This document shows positions 13,333 to 24,455 of a stretch of DNA of 64,000 bases, in pieces. A program made the translations under genes and the position numbers. The notes beneath the pieces were generated by a model. That model worked only from the letters and a program-made list of their open reading frames with translations, was not told where the DNA came from and searched no databases. This DNA comes from Octopus sinensis (lineage: Eukaryota). The stretch spans positions 173,724,001 through 173,788,000 of the forward strand of contig NC_042999.1 of NCBI RefSeq assembly GCF_006345805.1, given 5' to 3'. The stretch's first letter is position 1. Every line of letters starts with the position of its first letter.

Positions 13333-15120
13333 GTGTGTGTACATATTTATATATGTATATGTGTGTGTGTATGTGTGTGCATTTATGTGTATGTGTGTCT
13401 GTTTGCTGTATGTATATGTGTAGGTATATCTACTTTAGTTCTTGATTAATGAAATATACGTAATTATCTTTGGGAATTTATAATTACTTGGCCAGTTACC
13501 TACCTATACACTGTTTATGGTTTAATTAATTTGGCACATCAAGTAAACATTTCGAGCACTTAGCTAATTTGCAGAAATAGCACTTAGCTTCATGCAGCTA
13601 ACGTTTAACTCTTCACTTTGATACAACTTTGATATCGCAAAATTAAATGCATCATTATATATTCATGTGCGGACTTTGCATACTAGATTTATATTGATTT
13701 CACTGTTTAATTTACCGAAGCAGTTACATTTTATTATCATTGCTGTGATTTTGAACGATAGAGCAACCGATAAAATGCTCCGTGTTTGACTACTTTTACT
13801 CGTTGCTGGAGTCGATGAAATAAGTGCCAGTAACATACTGATGTCGATATATTCAGTTGTGCCCATTCCTACAATGCGTGCTCTTGTTCTTGTGCTAGAA
13901 AATCCTTTTTGCTGATGCATCAAAAAAAGAGGACGTGAATTCAATCATATTTAGTATTTTAGGCTTATTCCATTACGTTCTGGGCAACGAAGCACACTTT
14001 GCATTGAAGTGATCCTCATGTGTTTTGGCAACAAAATAACTATCATTCAAGTACTGGAGCTGTCTTCGGGATATTCACGTTTCCTACAGAATTTATATTT
14101 CTTGTGCTGTATATAAGTTAAAATTTGCTTCAAGTGCAATACAATTTTATGAAAAATGTCTGCAACTGCTAGAATAGTTAGAATAATCATTGACAATGAG
14201 AGGTATCAGCTGTTTTAATTAATCATTAGATACAGAGATTTACCAAGGAAATATTTTAACATATTACTTAATTGGTGACCTCAAACAAGGCATTTATGTA
14301 TCCCTTGTCTTGCTGATTGCTGTTTAGTTTCAGGTCACTCCTATTTGATAAAATTCGATATAGATGTAAACATCCAGCTTGTCATTAAGCAATGTATCTC
14401 CCATGTACCCTTCCCAGTTAAAGTCGGTTGCATATGAGCCGCGGAAGACTTATTTATGGGGGCGGAGTGTAGTTTGATAGTGTTTTAGTTACTTTTCTTC
14501 CTTGAATATTATAATGACTAGTTTAAATTAACTAACATTTCTATTTGAATCCTTTATTTTCCCATTGAATATTCACCATTAGAATTCTCTCTCATACAAG
14601 CATTGCGTTTACAACCAGACTTTCTTGAAATTAGAAAATAGTTGTTTAGTTTTTTCGACATTGGTACTTTATTTTATCTTTATTTTTCATTGAAGTTTCA
14701 GCATTTTATATCTTCCTGCTTTTAAGAGGAAATGTACTTTTCCTTTCTGAAAACGTAGTAAGAAATCAGCTAATACGTGAACACCCATGTACTGATGTAG
14801 TCTGCTAATTGTAGTACATTTTAGGAAAGTAAACGCTCGCGGAATATAAATTAAATATCTTAAAAAGCTAAGGCATCAGTTTAGTTGTAAGTCAATTATT
14901 CTCGTAAAAAAAATTAAATTCTCAACTAGAGAGCAGCTAAACATAAGTTTAATGTAGACTGCTGCCTTTGCTTACTGCAGTGATACCAGTATGTTGTTCC
15001 CACTTAGAACCAGACACTGTAGAATGCGATTTCGTGAACAATTTCTACAGCATTGTAACTCCTATGACCTTTTCTTTTGTATTTTGAGGATTTAGGCACC
15101 TGCAAATCCTAATGTCTGTA

Positions 15121-15185
15121 TAAATACATACATATATATATATTTATATAAATATATGTATATATATATATATGTAATATATATA

Positions 15186-15226
<41 letters not shown>

Positions 15227-15228
15227 TA

Positions 15229-15259
<31 letters not shown>

Positions 15260-15260
15260 A

Positions 15261-15303
<43 letters not shown>

Positions 15304-15317
15304 TTATATATATAGAT

Positions 15318-15400
<83 letters not shown>

Positions 15401-15415
15401 TAGATAGATAGATAG

Positions 15416-15497
<82 letters not shown>
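15121..15497. repeat. (TA)n followed by (GATA)n microsatellite
   Basis: Read directly. Confidence 0.95.
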
Positions 15498-15498
<1 letters not shown>

Positions 15499-15504
15499 GA
15501 TATA

Positions 15505-15842
15505 AAAATGGAGTTGCAATTTGGGGAGTTGGGTGGCCAGATTTTAGCGGTGATGTGACCGCAGAAATTTTTCTGACAGCCATGACTGGATTCTCCTGCT
15601 TGTCTGGCATGGTGCAGAGTCCTGTTACCAGACACCGTCTTCCAGCAGCCACCCTTTTGACCCAGGGCAATACTACCTCCCCCAGGCACTTGATGTAGGC
15701 TTCCGTGTTGAATCTGAGGCTGTGTGGGAAGATGAATGGAGGCATAACGTTGCTATCAGTAGTGATCACTCCAAACACCATGCTGTTGACTGGATGCTTG
15801 ATTTTTATCACTCTCGGTAATATTTTGGGGACATATTTGGGG
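15505..15842 (-). pseudogene. maT/DD37D-type Tc1-mariner transposase fragment
   Basis: [54 protein letters not shown], then after frameshifts ...[19 protein letters not shown]. Typical of the maT catalytic domain. Confidence 0.8.
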
Positions 15843-15859
15843 TAATATTTTTCAGTCTA

Positions 15860-16530
15860 GAGAGCAAGAGCCGGTACTCTTTCACTCTCTCCCAGTAGCT
15901 CAGTTGTTCCACGGATGCAATATTCCCGATGTAACACCGCTGACCTACCTAAAGTTCGGCTATTAATTTGATACTGTGGTGTGACTGAATTTGAGAGCAG
16001 TAGTCCAGACGGTTGAAGACAAATGTCGTCCATAAAACCAGCATGTCAATCCCCAGATCATGTACTGTACATCACTCTGTGATTGGTCTAAAGTGATTTT
16101 GTTGCAGCATATTATCAAGAGCTAACGTTGGGCTTGGCATTTTCCTGCATTAAATTGCATTTTGTTTTCTCCAGCTTATTTATATATGGCTTCCACATAC
16201 ATTGGCTTCCACGGCCTGGTGTCTCTCTTTTAAGTCATGCAACCACTCTCTCAGTTTTCCGACTATACAAAGTCTCCGTAGCTTGTAACGTATCCCATGA
16301 TTAACCTTATCAAACAACTTTCTAGAACTAGGATATATCAATTCCACGTTTGAACAATTCACTATTTTTTTCAACACACAGTCGTAATGCTTCAGAAGCT
16401 GTGTAAAGCAGCTTCGTACTGAGTGAAAGCTATATTGGGTTTCAGGGAGCAAGTCATTAGCTTCGAGGAACTTGATGAGCCTTCTTCTGACAATGTGTCT
16501 TAATGTCTGATGAAGCCAGGTCAACTTCTA
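15860..16530 (-). mobile_element. CR1/Jockey-group LINE fragment (RT and downstream, internally deleted)
   Basis: LLPETQYSFHSVRSCFTQLLKHYD...LFDKVNHGI...GKLREWL is RT-domain like; MLVLWTTFVFNRLDYCSQ lies near 15990-16050. Confidence 0.8.
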
Positions 16531-18164
16531 TTTAAAAAAAAGAGAATGCCTTTCAGCATCTACTGTCTGTACTACGTTAACATAGTTTTTGCTCTGGAGA
16601 GCAGTGCGTGCGCCATCTACATACTTCCAAAATGGATGTATTTCGTTTTGTGACCTGGGCTTGTGCCCTCTTTGATACTGGTGCAGTTGTTTTTTTCCTC
16701 GAGGACTGTTCTTCATGGCTTTGGGCGAGCAAAACGAACACTGTTCGTATGGGAGCACTGCTCGCAGATCTACCACCTGTCTCCATACTCACGCATATCC
16801 TTTTCATAAAACCTATAGACCTTTTGGGCCTTCTTTATTCCAGAGCCTTTGGCTTCGCAAGTTTTACTTCATTTTAATTTTGCGCTCATCTTAGACCTAT
16901 AGCCATCCTAGTCCTTTCATCACAACCGCACGCGAGCGCGCACACACACATACATATATACACATATACATACATACAAATATATATATATATTCTGATA
17001 TATATATATATATACATACAGATATATATATATATATGCATAATGAATGTATGAATGTATGTATGCATTTCTTTTGGGCTACTGCAGCTGATGTGAGTGT
17101 TGCTTTGAAGCGTTATCTCTTCAGCAGTTAATATTGATTTATTAATGCCGTTTAGAACTGTTGTTATTGATTAGTTTCGCTTTAAATGTTGTACATGTTC
17201 ATCTTAGTTAGCTTCTGCTCTTTTGCTTATGAAATTAATTTCCACATGGTAGTCGTAAGTTTCTATTTCCTTTCCACGTGCAAAATTTAATTTATTAATC
17301 GTATTGTTTCCAAAAGGTAATGCTCGTTAATTTCCGTTATATTTATAGAAATGAATTGAAGCATCATCAGCTCTTCCCACAAATGACAAAAAGAGAAACC
17401 TACGAAACAAAACGTACACTATATATTTACGAAGACAATAATACGGGCATATCACACACACACACATACAAACACACACACACAAACATACACAGACACA
17501 TACGCACACGGTAAATGAAAGATGGAAGGAGGAATATACGAGAATTATTATTAATCACGACGATTGTTTCGACACATCTAGCATCGATGCCTCACGGGTT
17601 GGATACTTAGTAACTAGTTCAGGAGCACCCGGTGGTGCAGTTGTGTCTCAACAGGTGATAAAATAGATACAACTCCAGCTCGTTAAAATAACAGCCCTGC
17701 AATCTATATCCTCATTTCGTAGAAAGAAAAGCAGCAAAAACGAAGGAAATATCTTCATCTATATAGAAGATCAAATATAAAATCACAGATGGAAAGGAGA
17801 AACGAACACGCTGTACAGCAAGAAAGTATCAAAAATAAACATTAACGAATATGAATGTATAAATGCTCTCGCGCAAACTGTATCGTGCGTGTACACTCGC
17901 TCTTACAAGCATACGCACGCGTGTGGTTTGGTGCACACACGATTACAAAGAAAGAGAGAGAGAGAAAGAGAGAGAGGGAAGAGAAAGAGAGAGAGGGGGA
18001 GAGAAAGAGAGAGAGAAAGACAGAGAGGGGAGAGATAGATAGCTAGATACAGATATACATATATATATGTATATGTATATCTACCTCTATACCTTCCTGT
18101 CTATCTCATTCTATCTCGTTATATATGTATACAGATGTACATACATATACATACATATATATAT

Positions 18165-19020
18165 GACTGAAGATTAAGGGCTTCGAATGTCTCGTCCGTG
18201 TTTTTAGTATCGTTTCCTAAATGTTTTACGTTCTTGTCCTAGTTTGTATTTTTTTACATTTACATATATATATAAGCGAGCCCGTACCCTTTTTGGTCTT
18301 ATACGTAAGTATATATTTCTTTAAAACATGGTACGACTCTATAACACTGTCTCTCTCCCCACTCTCCTACATTTCTCTGCCTTTCACACTTTGCTTGCAC
18401 TCCACTTTGATCTGTCTCTTTCTCTCTCTCTCTCTCTCTCTCTTCTCCTCCTCCTTTGTTCCTTGTTCCCCTTCTTTCTCTCGTCATCTATCCCTCTTTT
18501 CCTCTCTCTTCTCCTCACACGTGACTAGCCGACCGAATGCTAGCCTTTTCGTGGCCAGTAGCCGTCGCAGCAAGACACATTTTTCTCTCTCTCTGCCCTA
18601 AGGCATTTTTCTAACGCCAGCTCAAAATTTATTCGTCCTGTCGAAAAGACGCTTGCCTGTGACGTCCTGTTCTTCTTATTATTACTATCATTATTGTTTT
18701 TACGTATTTTTGTACACTTATTCGTGTTATCATTATTGTTTTTACGTATTATTGTATTTTTATTTGTGTAACATCGTCCGGTTTTCCGTCCTTGTTTTGT
18801 ATACATTCGAGACTTTCTTCCAAGGAATCTAATGCGCTTGGCTTAGATTTTCCTTTGGGGCTGGCCAGATCGGAGCAATCTCAAGATTAATCAGCCGAAA
18901 TTGCGAGGATGATCCGGTTCTTGACTGAAGATTGAATGCTTCGAATGTCCCGTCCGTGTTTTTAGTATCATCTCCTAAATGTTTTACGTCCTCTCCCAGT
19001 TTGTATTTTTTTACATTTAC

Positions 19021-19022
<2 letters not shown>
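18165..19022 (+). mobile_element. Non-coding element with ~100-bp terminal direct repeats (18165-18264 and 18923-19022), in (TA)n
   Basis: GACTGAAGATT...TTTGTATTTTTTTACATTTAC occurs at both ends, 758 bp apart. The same architecture recurs inverted at 42125-43078. Strand is arbitrary. Confidence 0.75.
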
Positions 19023-19075
<53 letters not shown>

Positions 19076-19078
<3 letters not shown>

Positions 19079-19113
19079 CCCCAGCATGGCCACAGCTCAT
19101 TAGCTGAAACTGG
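19076..19113 (+). mobile_element. SINE 3' tail fragment
   Basis: GTGCCCCAGCATGGCCACAGCTCATTAGCTGAAAC matches the SINE tails at 2480-2515 and 58564-58600. Confidence 0.65.
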
Positions 19114-19288
19114 AAAAATCAAAATCAAAAATAAAGTATAGAAGCCATCTTCATATGGCTAACCACATAGGGGAGGGGGTGCTACTGTAGCTCTATAGCC
19201 CCAGGAGATCGTCGTCTCCAGCTGGCTTCAGACACCATTTCAGTGCCCTTGAAGTATTTGCAAAGGGAGGCCATCCCTGTCTCGCAAA

Positions 19289-19354
19289 CCTGAGTGATAC
19301 GCACGGACTAGTTTCGGGATTTTTGTCTCCTGTCAACGGGCGGTAACCACCAGG
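19289..19354 (-). ncRNA. Type I hammerhead-like ribozyme, mutated copy
   Basis: Minus strand reads CCTGGTGGTTACCGCCCG-TTGACAG-GAGA CAAAAA TCCC-GAAAC TA GTC-CGTGCGTATCACTCAGG. It differs from the right-arm copy by A9G and one stem II mismatch. Confidence 0.6.
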
Positions 19355-19381
19355 TCGCGATGAAAGAGAAGGCTGTTTTGC

Positions 19382-19391
19382 AAATATATAA
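19382..19391 (-). promoter_or_regulatory. Candidate TATA box of the left arm (leftward transcription, predicted start about 19361)
   Basis: Mirror copy of the 19648-19657 motif; inferred from spacing only. Confidence 0.35.
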
Positions 19392-19628
19392 GAGTTTTTC
19401 TAGTGACGTCTGCCACTGATTTCGAAAAATTGACAGTAAGCATTATTAAATCTCAGAATGAGATGTAAACATTAATCGCTCGATAATGTAAAGTATAGAA
19501 GCCATCTTAATATGGTATAGAAGCCATATTAAGATGGCTTCGATACTTTACATTAACGAGCGATTACTGTTTACATCTCATTCTGAGATTTAATAATGCT
19601 TACTGTCAGTTTTTCGAAATCAGTGGCA

Positions 19629-19680
19629 GACGTCACAAGAAAAACTCTTATATATTTGCAAAGCAGCCTTCTCTTTCATC
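19629..19680 (+). promoter_or_regulatory. Candidate core promoter: GACGTCA (19629-19635), TATATAT (19649-19655), Inr-like TCA with A at 19678
   Basis: The TATA start lies 29 bp before A19678, the canonical spacing. Function is inferred, not shown. Confidence 0.4.
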
Positions 19681-19694
19681 GCGACCTGGTGGTT
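19678..19694 (+). repeat. Left copy of the 17-bp target-site duplication ATCGCGACCTGGTGGTT
   Basis: Exact match to 24456-24472. The uninterrupted site is preserved on the minus strand at 19345-19361. Confidence 0.93.
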
Positions 19695-19926
19695 TGTCAC
19701 TCGTCTAGGGACCCCTCTTTCATCTGCGTATAGAGAAGTTAGCTGCCTATTTTGTTGAGTGAGTTCGTTTTTTGTTCGTCGTTGTTTGTGTTTGCTCGTG
19801 AATTTGAACAGTTGTCCGTTGTGTGACAGTAATCTTCGCCCTACGGGGCTGAAAATTCTCTGTATAAACATTGTTATTACCTTCGGGGTAATTTTTTTTG
19901 AAAAATTGGTTCTCATAATTTGAGAA

Positions 19927-20972
19927 ATGGAGTTCGACTTGGCGTCGAGGAGCGACTTTCCCGTGATGGGAAAAGGCGAACAGAAGGATATCGAGGTTAG
20001 AAAAGTCTTTTTCGGCCGCAGTGGGCGGAACCGTAACGAAAGTGGAATTCAAAATAGAACAGTTGTTCGAATACCGGAACTTGGTCAAAAAGGAAGACAA
20101 CGAAATAAAACTGGTACCGCCGCAAGCGATATTACAGGAAATAAAGGCCAAGACAGTCGTGTACAAGGTTTACAGTAACAAAGAGAAAAAAATAATGGAC
20201 GTGAATAACGAAATAGTAGAGAAGTGCTTGTTCCTGGTGTGGAGCAAAATTCGCTACGTCGGTCGACGTGCTCGCAGCGCTACCGTTGAAGCACATTTCG
20301 ACTCGACTGATGTGGCAAGAGAAATTTCATCAATGACCTTAAAAAATGAGGACATTATGTTACTACCTACCTATATGGGCAAAAGAACTGCGAAACTATA
20401 TGTGGAAGATATACCAAGAGGATATGATATAATGTGGGTAGCAGCGGCGGTTCTGCACGACGTAGAGCAGAAAGTCTCAATTCTGCAGATGAAAAGGAAA
20501 GAGGAGGTAAACTGGAAGGGACACGCGCTCGAACTCCTCGTTCAAGCAGAAAATAACGTGCTAAAAAACTTACCCGATAGGGTATTTATTGAGTAGGGAA
20601 TTTCAATGAGAGTGTCAGTGGAGGGGCGCAGACCTAGGTGTTTCAAATGTGGTGAAAAGGGTCACGTCCGCTCGAACTGCATAAAAAAAAAGAAAAACAG
20701 CGAAGCCCCTCCTCAAAGTGCTTCAAACACGTTTTGCAAAAATAAAGGAAGACGAGTGGAAGGAAAAAACACTCCAAGAACATTTTAAAAATAACCTTAT
20801 CAGAGACGTAACTAACGAAATACTGGAGGGCAAACTTACTATAACCCCGGCAACCACACCTACCCAGAGCCCGATGGCAACGCCGGTTAAGAGCCCTGCA
20901 GCTACGACCACAAGGGAGGAAGAAGGGGAAGCATGCAGATTTAAACTGTCATGCTCTCTGTCCCAACCGTAA
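19927..20972 (+). pseudogene. LINE ORF1 (nucleic-acid-binding protein with a CX2CX4HX4C zinc knuckle)
   Basis: RRPRCFKCGEKGHVRSNC. Disrupted by a frameshift near 20020, a TAG at 20594-20596 and a frameshift near 20700. Start codon uncertain. Confidence 0.8.
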
Positions 20973-20995
20973 GTTTTTTTTTTCTCTCTCCGACA

Positions 20996-23900
20996 ATGGC
21001 AAAGCTGGGTTGTGTGAATGTGCGTGGAATGGGGTCGAAATGGAAACAAATTTGTCTCCTGAACGACCTCACGACACACGGAGTGGACGTAGCTATTGTA
21101 ACCGAGTCCAAGATGAACGGGGCCCAAGCGTTCTCGTCTCTTATAAATGGTTTCGAGAAATTTATTTCTCCTAGCTGAGGAGGAGGAAGGGGCGTGGCAG
21201 TCCTTATCAGGAAGAGCTTGGACTTGCAGGTAAGTACTGTCTTTCTGGACCCAGAAGGCAGGCTGGTCGTTCTGGATGTGACCCACGTAAGTAAACAGTC
21301 CTTCAGGTTGGTAGCTGTCTACGCTCCGAATGAGTGTAGGCAGTCGGGTTTTTTTCGGAATCTGGAGCACTTTTTAGTGACGTCGAAAACGGTAGTCTTA
21401 GTAGGGGACTTTAACACTGTCCTCGAAGCGCGGGTCGACAGTGTTGGCTCAACCAATAGGAACCCTACCCTCAAGGGTCTACTAGAGAGCTTTAATCTAG
21501 TAGACCGTTATCGACTGGATGAGCCGAGCGTTCCACAGTGGATGTGGAGTAACAACGACGGCTCACGCAGATCGTATATAGATAGGATATTCGTTAGGAA
21601 AAGATATAAGGATACGTTTAGTTGTCCACAGTTTCACATTGTGCCTTACACGGATCACAAATTTGTGACTTGTAGGGTGCAATTTGATAAGTGCCATAGA
21701 CAGGGACCCGGGTACTGGAAGCTGAACAAGTCTATTTTGAATTGTGAAGACTTCCGTACCCGGATTAAGGTGTTAGTACAGAGGGCATTATGTGGCACTA
21801 TCATTAAAAATAGATGGTGGCACTCCCTCAAAAGAGCCATTCGTTCAGAGTCCATAAGAGTTAACAATCAGCTAAGGTTAGATAGGTCTAGGATAGAGGA
21901 CGATTTAGTTAAGAATCTAAACGAGGCAATGGAATCTGGCTCTGCATCCGGAGTGATGGCGGCAAGGACGGTATTGTACCGTCACCTTAACTCCAAACAC
22001 GAAGGTTGCAGAGTTAAAGCTAAGTTACGCGCAGGGAAACGAGAAGGTATTAACGTTGCCGGATGGGCCCGTCGAGTGGAGAGTCAGAGAGGTAACAAAG
22101 CTTCAATCAAGTCTTTAACTGACGAACAGGACACAAGATCTATGGACAGGAGGAGATGCAAAAGTTTCTTCACCAGCATTTCGCCCGCGCGTTCGGGGGG
22201 GGGGGGTCGCTGGAGCGGGGGAGGGCCTTAAAGGACTTCCTAGCAGGCGGGCCGCGGCTCTCGGGGCGTGAGGTGGAGTGCTGTGAAGGAGCGATCACTT
22301 TCGCGGAGATAGAGGGGGTACTGGCCGGATGCGCCGGGGAGAAGTCGCCGGGGTTGGATGGTCTGCCCTACGAGTTTTATCAAAGTATGCCGGACTTGTT
22401 CGGGGGAATACTGGCAGGCGTCTACGCGAACTGACAGCAGAACGGGAGAATTCCCAGTTATGTAAGCCGGGGAGTGGTGACACTAATCCAGAAAGACCCG
22501 AGCAAGGGGGATAACATTAGTAATTACAGGCTCATAACTCTACTTAATGTAGAGTTAAAGATTTTGGCCAAGGTGTTGGCAAAAAGGTTGACGACCGTCG
22601 TGGAGAAACTTGTAGGGAAAGCACAGACATGTGCAATTCAAGGCAGGTCGGTCCAGGACAATCTTCACCTTATACGCTACACCTTAGATAGGGTGGGTAA
22701 ATTAACCGGCAAGGGCGGGGTAATGGTCCATTTAGACAAAAGTAAAGCGTTCGATAGGGTAGACCATAAGTACCTGGCGACGGTCCTCGAAGCGGCTGGA
22801 CTGGGCCCTGAATTTCGCGGGTGGATCTCCGCTATGTATAGATAAACGGTTACCTAACGGAACCGTTTTCGATCGAATGTTCAGTTCGTCAAGGGTGCCC
22901 CTTGTCACCACTTTTGTACGTGTTGGCTCTCGAGCCATTGCTGCGAAAGTTGGAGAGGCTGGGAAGTAACCCGGATGAGATCGGAGGCGGGAGGACGGTT
23001 TCTGCTTATGCGGATGACGTCACCCTCATCGTGTCCAATGAGGCTCAGCTACCTTGTGTAGAAGATGCTATCAGAGGATACGAGGCGGTGGCAGGAGCAA
23101 AAGTTAACAAGGACAAGTCGATTGGCTTACGCCTCGGCACCTGGAGGAGCAAGTCGATATCGTCCAGTGCCGTGGGACACTGGACAGATGGTCCTGTTAA
23201 GTTGCTAGGAGTTTGGTTTGGGCCAGACTCCCAAACGGAGAGGAATTGGAGTGAGGTGACGGACAAGGTGGAGGCCATAGTACGGACCTGGTCCGGAAGG
23301 TTTCTGTCCTTGAAAGGAAGGGCGGAGGTGGTACAGATGTTCATTGCATCTGTAATCACTTACTGCCTGACCGTTGTCCCTTGCCCCGATTCATGACTTA
23401 GCAAGTTGGAGCGAATCCTTTTCCGCTAAGGTGTGGAGTCCGCTGGCAGGGGAATTTTCCTTAGTGAATTTTAAACCCGGTCGCATCAAAAGACGAAATC
23501 TGACTTTATGGCAAAAGGAGTGCCGACAGGCACTCACGCTGATCCACAAGGCGGACAAGGCCGGCTGCGGAAATACTACCTCGGTATTTTATAGCAGGCT
23601 GGTAGAGGCAAAGGACGAAGACGTCCTAGGAGGGGCTCTGGGATTACACGAAGACCAGCTTACCAACCTGTTTAAAAAGACTTTCAGGACGGGGTATTTG
23701 GATAATTTCCAAAGATCCCTGGCCTGGCAGTGTTATAGGAATGCTTTACCTGTTCGCGAGAAGTTATCGCGACACGGAATTTCAGTGCCACCGACATGTC
23801 CAAGATGCGGGTTGGACGATGAAACCGTCCAGCACGCTTTTGTACACTGTCGGCAGTTGTCAGACTTGATAAGTTACGCAGAACACGTGTTATCGCATCT

Positions 23901-24198
23901 GGGACGAGTACAGCTGTCGGCTGAGTCTATGATTAAGATGATACCGCCAACTGGACTCTCGAAGGAAGGTGAGGCATGTTTTCACTGCACGGTTGCAGTA
24001 GTAAAAGAATGCATGTGGCGTACAAGAATGGAAGGAGTCGCAATAGGATCCTTTGTCTCAGGCCCCGGCTTGCTCACTTACTTCAGATATCATCTGAAGA
24101 GCAAAATGGGGCTGGAAAAGAAGACCTTACCACAAGGTGTGTATGAAAAATGATGGAAGGAAGTGGCGAAGAAGGTGGGTGTCAGAAACCCAGTTTAA
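20996..24198 (+). pseudogene. LINE ORF2: apurinic-like endonuclease, reverse transcriptase and zf-RVT
   Basis: APE motifs NVRG, VTESK, LVGDFN, SYIDRIF, YTDHK. RT motifs KSPGLDGLPYEFY, NYRLITLLNVELKIL, KAFDRVDH, RQGCP, YADD (23007-23018). Zinc finger CPRCGLDDETVQHAFVHC. Several stops, frameshifts and internal deletions. Confidence 0.95.
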
Positions 24199-24443
24199 CT
24201 ATGGATGGAGAAGAGGAAAGGAAAGCTGCGGAGCCTTATAGGTTGCCGGGGTTTAAAATATATCGGTAAGATCTCAAGCTATGTAATGTTGTAATGTTAT
24301 ATTAGTCAATGCAAAGGGCAATTTAAATACAGTTTTTTGTATAATGAATAATCCATATATTTTGGAAATTTTTAAACGAACCACTTAACTGTTTTTGTAT
24401 GTATGTCCTGTATTGTTCTTCTATGTACTGATTTTATAATCGT

Positions 24444-24449
24444 AATAAA
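24444..24449 (+). terminator. Polyadenylation signal AATAAA at the LINE 3' end
   Basis: Lies 6 nt before the right TSD copy; no poly(A) tract follows. Confidence 0.6.
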
Positions 24450-24455
24450 GAATTA

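Larger units (their letters stand above)
19132..19515 (-). repeat. Left arm of a 357-bp retrozyme-like repeat (about 1.07 monomers)
   Basis: TAAAGTATAGAAGCCATCT starts at 19132 and again at 19489 (period 357). The arm is the reverse complement of 19522-19694 plus 24456-24734 with roughly 3-4% mismatches. Confidence 0.9.
19522..19694 (+). repeat. Right arm of the 357-bp repeat, part 5' of the LINE
   Basis: Forms a ~170-bp-arm palindrome with 19345-19515. 19523-19694 (172 bp) plus 24473-24657 (185 bp) rebuilds one 357-bp monomer. Confidence 0.9.
19695..24455 (+). mobile_element. Full-length Tx1/L1-clade non-LTR retrotransposon (about 4.76 kb), inactivated
   Basis: 5' UTR, ORF1 with a CCHC knuckle, ORF2 with APE, RT and C-terminal zinc finger, 3' UTR with AATAAA; bounded by an exact 17-bp TSD. 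Confidence 0.93.

Noticed and set aside
13490-14100. Possible Tc1 remnant (also 32200-32330)
   Set aside because: TIR-like ends only; no catalytic motifs could be confirmed.
18915-18952. Hammerhead in the terminal-direct-repeat element (CTGAAGA...CGAATGTC)
   Set aside because: No stable stem II, GAAA is not conserved among the five repeat copies, and stem III cannot form.
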